Positions 58,857 to 64,000 of a DNA stretch of 64,000 nt are shown piece after piece. This stretch comes from an uncultured Verrucomicrobiae bacterium (GTDB lineage: Bacteria; Verrucomicrobiota; Verrucomicrobiia; Chthoniobacterales; JAFAMB01): positions 320,001 through 384,000 of the forward strand of contig CAVXLD010000010.1 of NCBI GenBank assembly GCA_963762565.1, given 5' to 3'. The notes below the pieces were generated by a model that made no database searches, was not told the origin of the DNA, and was given only the letters and a program-made list of their open reading frames with translations. The position numbers were made by a program, and so were the translations under genes. Positions within the stretch are counted from its first letter, which is position 1; every line of letters starts with the position of its first letter.

Positions 58857-59010
58857 GGGAGGGCGCGCAGCCTGTCCGCCATAGCTTTAGCGACGGAGGA
58901 TCCCCGCGCGCCGCGAGCACGTGCCACAACCCAAAGGTATATTTACGTCCGAAATCACGCCATGTCCTCGGCTTCGGTAACGGCGGATCACGGGGACGCG
59001 ATCTCTCCCA
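58857..59010. repeat. Family C REP pair with the same 30-nt insertion as at 32834 (58871-58900)
   Basis: GGGAGGGCGCGCAG[CCTGTCCGCCATAGCTTTAGCGACGGAGGA]TCCCCGCGCGCCG ... CGGATCACGGGGACGCGATCTCTCCC. Confidence 0.85.
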
Positions 59011-59488
59011 GAATTGCAGCCGCGTCGCGTACCGGTTTTAGATAGACGATGAAGCCAGGGAATTTGGCCACCTTGTCGTAGAGTTGCCGCGCCGTGGTAT
59101 TGGATTCGTGCGTGTGCCAGTAGAGGCGGTTGGAGCCCGCTTGTTTGGCTCGGTCGTAAACTCCATTGATAAGGGCCCGGCCAATGCCTTTGCCGCGGGC
59201 AGATTCGCTGGTGAATAGATCCTGGAGATAACAGATTGGCGGGATCTCGATGGTGCTGCGATGGAAGAGGTAATGAGCTAGGCCGACCAATTGACCGTGG
59301 GTTTCTGCCACCAGAGCGTGGACCGGATCATACGAATCGAAGAAGCGTGCCCAAGTCGTGCGCGTGATTTCAGGCGAGAGAGCGGTTGGGCCCGAGCGGC
59401 CGTAGAAAGCGTTATAACCATCCCACAAAGGAAGCCATTGGTTGTAATCTTGCGGAGTTACAGAGCGAATAGTGAAGTCGAGGATCAT
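58988..59488 (-). CDS. GNAT-family N-acetyltransferase
   Basis: YLQDLF...RGKGIGRALI, LYWHT, NTTARQLY. Confidence 0.92.
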   Translation of the reverse strand: MILDFTIRSVTPQDYNQWLPLWDGYNAFYGRSGPTALSPEITRTTWARFFDSYDPVHALVAETHGQLVGLAHYLFHRSTIEIPPICYLQDLFTSESARGKGIGRALINGVYDRAKQAGSNRLYWHTHESNTTARQLYDKVAKFPGFIVYLKPVRDAAAILGEIASP

Positions 59489-59596
59489 GGCGACGGATTA
59501 CTTTTCCCCTGAATAACGCTCGGGAGAAGTCTGGCCAGAAGGGCCATTTAGCGGAAAATAGCCGAGCTATATCCTTGTACTCCTCGAACTCCTTCC

Positions 59597-61069
59597 CTAT
59601 TCAATCCCCCATACCCGCAATTTCTGGCTTACCCGCTCCCGAGTCTCCTCATCCATACGGACTAACGTAGGCCAACCGCGATGATAACCTTCCCCCGGCA
59701 ATTTACGCGTCGCATCAAATCCCATGTGTGAACCGATATTGGGAAGAGTCGGCGCGTGATCAAGACTATCGGACGGATTCTTGATAAAGGTGGTGTCGCG
59801 CTGGGGGTCAGTGTTGGCGCAGAGCCGGAACAGGACTTCGCTCGTGTTATGGACGTCACAGTCGTCGTCTAACACGACGATGTACTTGGAAAACATCATT
59901 TGGCCCATCCCCCAGAGCCCATGCATCACTTTGTACGCCTGGTAAGGATATTGTTTCCGGATGCTGACAAAAACCAGGTTATGAAAAACGCCTTCCGCCG
60001 GCAAAGCCATGTCCACGATCTCTGGGAAATTCAATTTGAAGACCGGAAGAAAAACGCGGACGCTGGCGTCCCCCAAATAAAAGTCTTCCATTGGGGGTAT
60101 CCCCACGATCGTGGCAGGATAAACAGCATCCTTTCGGTGCGTGATCGCAGTAACATGGAAGACCGGGTAAGGATCGATCGCTGTATAAAAACCGGTGTGA
60201 TCGCCAAACGGACCCTCGTCCCGAAGTTCGCCTGGCTGGACATAGCCTTCGATCACGAAATCAACGTCGGCAGGAACCCTAAGATCGTTGGTCTCGCATT
60301 TGACTAAGTTCACCGATTTTTTCCGGGCGAAACCGGCAAACAGAACTTCATCTAAACCGTCGGGAAGCGGAGCGGTAGCCGCAAACGTGTAGGCCGGGTC
60401 TCCCCCAAGGCAGACCGCGACCGGCATTGGCTCATTACGTTCGTAATAACGTTTCCCATGGCGGGCGCCCACCTTGTGAACCTGCCAATGCATCCCGGTC
60501 GTTGCCTTGTCGAAGATCTGCATCCGGTACATACCCACATTGCGCTGCCCGTTATCAGGATCTTCGGTGTAGACATTCGGAAGCGTGATAAAGCGCCCAC
60601 CGTCATTGGGCCAACAGCGCAGCACCGGCAGATCTTCCAGCGAAAACTCCGAGCCGGCCAGACGATGGATCACCTCTTTGCAGGGACCGGAAGACACCCT
60701 ACGCGGCCGAGCGTGCAACAAATCAACCCCTTGCCGAAGGAGCCCCCACCCTTCCTGCAAGGAGTTAGGCGGCTTAGCCTTCAGAATTGCCTGCATCTGA
60801 TGGGCAAGCTCGTCCACCGAAGATATCCCAAGCGCCAAGGACATTCTCTTTTCCGATCCCATCGCGTTGATGGCGACAGGAAACTGCGAGACCCGACCGT
60901 CGATAGTCGGTTGCTCGAAAAGCAGCGCCTTGCCGCCGCCCTTCTTTTTCATTTGGCGATCCGCTATCTCAGTGATCTCAAGCTCAGTGGCGACAGGCTG
61001 GGTGATCCGGAGTAGTTCTCCGGCTTGATCGAGCCTTTTTATGAACGCGGCGAAGGAATCGTAAGACAT
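59597..61069 (-). CDS. UbiD-family decarboxylase (MqnL-like menaquinone biosynthesis decarboxylase)
   Basis: LEITEIADR, DGGRFITLP, NVGMYRMQ, EGPFGDHTGFY, WGMGQMMFSK, DSLDHA. Confidence 0.9.
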   Translation of the reverse strand: MSYDSFAAFIKRLDQAGELLRITQPVATELEITEIADRQMKKKGGGKALLFEQPTIDGRVSQFPVAINAMGSEKRMSLALGISSVDELAHQMQAILKAKPPNSLQEGWGLLRQGVDLLHARPRRVSSGPCKEVIHRLAGSEFSLEDLPVLRCWPNDGGRFITLPNVYTEDPDNGQRNVGMYRMQIFDKATTGMHWQVHKVGARHGKRYYERNEPMPVAVCLGGDPAYTFAATAPLPDGLDEVLFAGFARKKSVNLVKCETNDLRVPADVDFVIEGYVQPGELRDEGPFGDHTGFYTAIDPYPVFHVTAITHRKDAVYPATIVGIPPMEDFYLGDASVRVFLPVFKLNFPEIVDMALPAEGVFHNLVFVSIRKQYPYQAYKVMHGLWGMGQMMFSKYIVVLDDDCDVHNTSEVLFRLCANTDPQRDTTFIKNPSDSLDHAPTLPNIGSHMGFDATRKLPGEGYHRGWPTLVRMDEETRERVSQKLRVWGIE

Positions 61070-61080
61070 GAGGCCAGAGG

Positions 61081-61174
61081 AATGACAAATGACAGATTAC
61101 AAATGACAAATAGCCGAGTCACACTTGGAATTTCTCCCTTCCCAATTTGTCGTCTGTCATTTGTCATCTGTCAT
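61081..61174. repeat. Inverted pair of ATGACAA heptamer arrays
   Basis: AATGACAAATGACAGATTACAAATGACAAAT / ATTTGTCGTCTGTCATTTGTCATCTGTCAT. Confidence 0.85.
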
Positions 61175-61185
61175 CTTCGACTTGG

Positions 61186-61653
61186 CTATCGGTTATCCCG
61201 AATGTATTCCCAGCCGGTACAGCGGCTCCCTTCGAAAAACGCAGTCTTATACGGCACCTCAATCGAGATGAAATTTTCCGGGTAGTCATAAGGGTACAGT
61301 CCCCAGAACGGATAGTGCCAATACCCAGAGTAGTTGTAGAACCCGAAACGGTAGAACGTGGGATAGAAATAATCGCCGACAAAGATGGTCTTAAGCGTGG
61401 TGTAGACCCAAGCCTCATAAGGATGACCGTTTCTGGAACCGTAGCGAAGTTGGGCGGGTGCGCCCCAAGCGATGTAGATTGCTTGCTGCGGTAATCCTTC
61501 TCGGATCATTCCCGACTTAACCATCGCCTGGTCCTGAGGCGATAAGGACGAAAAAACGGCCGGCTTTTCCTGAATCCGCGAATCGATCGTAGAACAGGCC
61601 GCGAGGAACAAACAGCCGAAACACCCTAAGGTGAAACCGATTTTGCCGACCAC
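61186..61653 (-). CDS. Hypothetical Tyr-rich lipoprotein
   Basis: LAAC lipobox; IREGLPQQAIYIAWGAP SmpA-like motif; EAWVY. Confidence 0.75.
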   Translation of the reverse strand: MVGKIGFTLGCFGCLFLAACSTIDSRIQEKPAVFSSLSPQDQAMVKSGMIREGLPQQAIYIAWGAPAQLRYGSRNGHPYEAWVYTTLKTIFVGDYFYPTFYRFGFYNYSGYWHYPFWGLYPYDYPENFISIEVPYKTAFFEGSRCTGWEYIRDNR

Positions 61654-61661
61654 GGTTACCT

Positions 61662-61782
61662 AGTCGCCTTAGGCTCCTAGGATAGCAAATAGCAGATAGC
61701 AGATAGCAAATAACCGATCCGCCCCGCGTTGGGCAGTCTCCGCGCCCTTTGCTATCTGCTATCCCAGGAGCCTAAGGCGACT
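61662..61782. repeat. TCGCCTTAGGCTC / ATAGCAA inverted element
   Basis: AGTCGCCTTAGGCTCCT.GGATAGCA / TGCTATCC.AGGAGCCTAAGGCGACT. Confidence 0.88.
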
Positions 61783-61825
61783 GGAGTTGCGCCCGTATTC
61801 CGCTCAGCGTAGGCTCTTACGCACA

Positions 61826-62827
61826 ATGCAGGACCGGTTTGGCCATCGGATCAGTTATCTACGTATTTCCATTACTGATCGTTGCAACGAGCGATGCCTT
61901 TATTGCATGCCTCGGGAGCTACAGGAATGGCTACCCCACAACGAGATCCTCACCTATGACGAGATGACGCGGCTGGTGCAAGTCGCCGCCAGTCTTGGGG
62001 TCACCAAAATCAGGGTCACCGGCGGTGAACCTTTGACCAGAAGAAACGTGTTGGAATTCTTCCGCCGCTTGAGCCTCATCGAATCGGTCGCCGATATTGG
62101 CATTTCCACGAACGGCACCTTGCTGGCCAAACAGGTCGAAACCGGTTCTACCGTCGCGGAAAGCTTAGCTCGCTTGCGGGTCAAGCATCTAAACGTTTCC
62201 CTCGATACATTAGACCAGGAAACCTATGCACTCATCACCGGCCGGGACGCTCTGCCCGAGACACTGCAAGGGCTCGAAGCCGGCAAACGCGCAGGATTCA
62301 TTCAAATCCGCCTTAATAGCGTCCTGATCCGTGGCAAGAATGAAGAAGGACTCGGCGATTTGGTGCGATTCGCCCGTAAAGAGGGTTTCCTCCTCCGCTT
62401 CATCGAGCTGATGCCGGTCACCACGTCTGAGGTTCTTTCGGACGAGAATTTCTTTCCGGTCGCTCAAGCCAGAAAAAACATCGAGGCCGAGTTTGGTCCG
62501 TTGATTCCTGAGCCCGGCTTTCAGACTAACGGTCCCGCTCTCTATTATCGATTCGAAAACCACCCTCAACGGATCGGTTTTATCGGGGCGATGACCAACC
62601 TGCATTTCTGTGAAACTTGCAACAAGCTTCGCCTGACTTGCGACGGAAAACTGCGGCCCTGCCTTGGCAGCCATCTAGAATTTGATATTAAGAAACCGTT
62701 ACGAGCCGGCGCTTCCGACGAGGAACTCCGCCGGTTGTTCCTTGAAGTCGTCGACCGCAAGCCGGAGCAACACGATTTCCGCCTCAACTATCAGCCGGGT
62801 CGTAAGATGGTCGCAATCGGAGGATGA
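61826..62827 (+). CDS. moaA: GTP 3',8-cyclase
   Basis: YLRISITDRCNERCLYCMP, TGGEP, RFIELMP, FCETCNKLRLT..G.LRPCL, C-terminal IGG. Confidence 0.96.
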   Translation: MQDRFGHRISYLRISITDRCNERCLYCMPRELQEWLPHNEILTYDEMTRLVQVAASLGVTKIRVTGGEPLTRRNVLEFFRRLSLIESVADIGISTNGTLLAKQVETGSTVAESLARLRVKHLNVSLDTLDQETYALITGRDALPETLQGLEAGKRAGFIQIRLNSVLIRGKNEEGLGDLVRFARKEGFLLRFIELMPVTTSEVLSDENFFPVAQARKNIEAEFGPLIPEPGFQTNGPALYYRFENHPQRIGFIGAMTNLHFCETCNKLRLTCDGKLRPCLGSHLEFDIKKPLRAGASDEELRRLFLEVVDRKPEQHDFRLNYQPGRKMVAIGG

Positions 62828-63279
62828 GCTCCGAGTTTACACACATTGGGCCTGCCGGAACGGTGCGGATGGTGGACATTTCCCAAAAGCCGGTTTCTCG
62901 CCGGACTGCGGTCGCCAGAGGTCGCATCCGCCTCCAGCCAAGCACGGTCCAGAAAATCAACGAATTGACCATTGCAAAAGGAAACGTTTTGGCGGTTGCA
63001 CAGGTCGCCGCTGTGAACGCAGTGAAACGCACTGACGAATTGATCCCACTCTGTCACTCCCTACCCGTCCAGCACGTAGAGGTGACTTTTCAGGAAAATA
63101 CGGAAGGCTTCGAAGTTCAGTGCGCGGTGACCACCGTCGCGCAGACCGGCGTCGAAATGGAGGCATTGACCGGCGTTGCGATTGCCGCCCTTACCATTTA
63201 CGACATGTGTAAAGCGGTGGACAAAACAATGGAGATTTCAGAGGTACGGCTCATTTCGAAGAAAAAAGAAAGCCTATGA
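62824..63279 (+). CDS. moaC: Cyclic pyranopterin monophosphate synthase
   Basis: MVDISQK, KGNV, LIPLCH, TGVEMEAL, IYDMCKAVD. Confidence 0.96.
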   Translation: MSSEFTHIGPAGTVRMVDISQKPVSRRTAVARGRIRLQPSTVQKINELTIAKGNVLAVAQVAAVNAVKRTDELIPLCHSLPVQHVEVTFQENTEGFEVQCAVTTVAQTGVEMEALTGVAIAALTIYDMCKAVDKTMEISEVRLISKKKESL

Positions 63280-63761
63280 ACAGCATAACGGTCGGCATTA
63301 TCACCATTTCCGATCGCGCCGCCGAAGGCGTCTATGAAGATCTGGGCGGACCAGCCTTGGTCAAAAAGTGCCGCGAACTAGGCTGGGAAATCCAATCTGA
63401 AGCCATCGTTCCGGATGAGGTAGAGCGCATTCAAACCACAATTCGAAGCTTCTCCACGCAGGGTTGCCAGCTTATCCTCACGACCGGCGGTACCGGCATC
63501 GCAGTTCGTGACCGTACTCCAGAGGCGATCCGGGCGATCATGCGCCTGGAAATACCTGGGTTCGGGGAAGCGATGCGAGCCGCCTCCTTTCAATTGACCC
63601 CAAACGGGATCTTGTCCCGCGGGCTAGCCGCCGTGGTCGATTCTTCGCTGGTTATCGCGCTTCCCGGCAAACCTCAGGGCGCAGTCGATTGTCTGGCCAT
63701 CGTTGCAGGCGCGATTCCGCATGCAGTCAAACTAAGCCAGGGGGTGCCGACCTCCTGCTAA
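63276..63761 (+). CDS. mog: Molybdopterin adenylyltransferase (MogA/MoaB family)
   Basis: ITISDR, VPDE, TTGGTG...RD.TPEA, PGFGE.MR, LPGKP. Confidence 0.88.
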   Translation: MNSITVGIITISDRAAEGVYEDLGGPALVKKCRELGWEIQSEAIVPDEVERIQTTIRSFSTQGCQLILTTGGTGIAVRDRTPEAIRAIMRLEIPGFGEAMRAASFQLTPNGILSRGLAAVVDSSLVIALPGKPQGAVDCLAIVAGAIPHAVKLSQGVPTSC

Positions 63762-64000
63762 GGGGGAAATCGTGCTCGTCCTCGTCCTCGAAGAGGCGAC
63801 ACCAGGGGAGATCGCGCGGATAGGACTTGTGGGACGGATAGGACTTATATGTGCTCATCATTAGTCCTATCGGCCCCATAGGTCGTATAGGTCGTATCCC
63901 TACCACCCGGACACGCCTTCCATTTCGCCTGGTTCCTCTAGCACTAGAGCATCCCCCTTATCGCGCCATCCATAACGCCACGGCCGGGAGACAGAAGAAA

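Noticed and set aside
1..64000. tRNA, rRNA, prophage, integron or known defence system
   Set aside because: No cloverleaf, rRNA-like, phage, integrase or recognised defence genes found by inspection.

Overview
Mostly core-metabolism chromosome from a moderately GC-rich bacterium. Verrucomicrobiota (Chthoniobacterales/Spartobacteria-like) is my inference from gene content and style, not a database result. About 54 CDS: the end of a polysaccharide export locus, pgsA, moaE, gnd, folD, lysA, metH, futalosine-type menaquinone genes (mqnP-like, mqnL-like), ndh divergent from nuoD-N (no nuoABC, and a lipoprotein gene inserted after nuoD), metG, parB, a eukaryote-type UGPase divergent from glgX-treZ-treY, ispH, a sugar-acid catabolic cluster and moaA-moaC-mog. 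No rRNA, tRNA, CRISPR array, prophage or classical transposase was seen. The unusual content is intergenic: most long spacers are built from interlocking repeat families. Best candidate for an undescribed system: a GxxExxY (PD-(D/E)xK-like) gene bracketed by AATAGCCGC-(AAAGAACGC)n inverted ends (54161-54817), with an internally deleted copy (51463-51679) and solo ends elsewhere. Also notable: a ~30-nt mini-hairpin inserted inside other repeats, split REP-like units with a constant 66-69 nt spacer, a 36-bp MITE with a CTAA duplication, a perfect Rex box between ndh and nuoD, a shared palindromic operator before the wHTH operon and ispH, and a secreted Cys/His/Tyr-rich peptide behind a sigma-54-like promoter.
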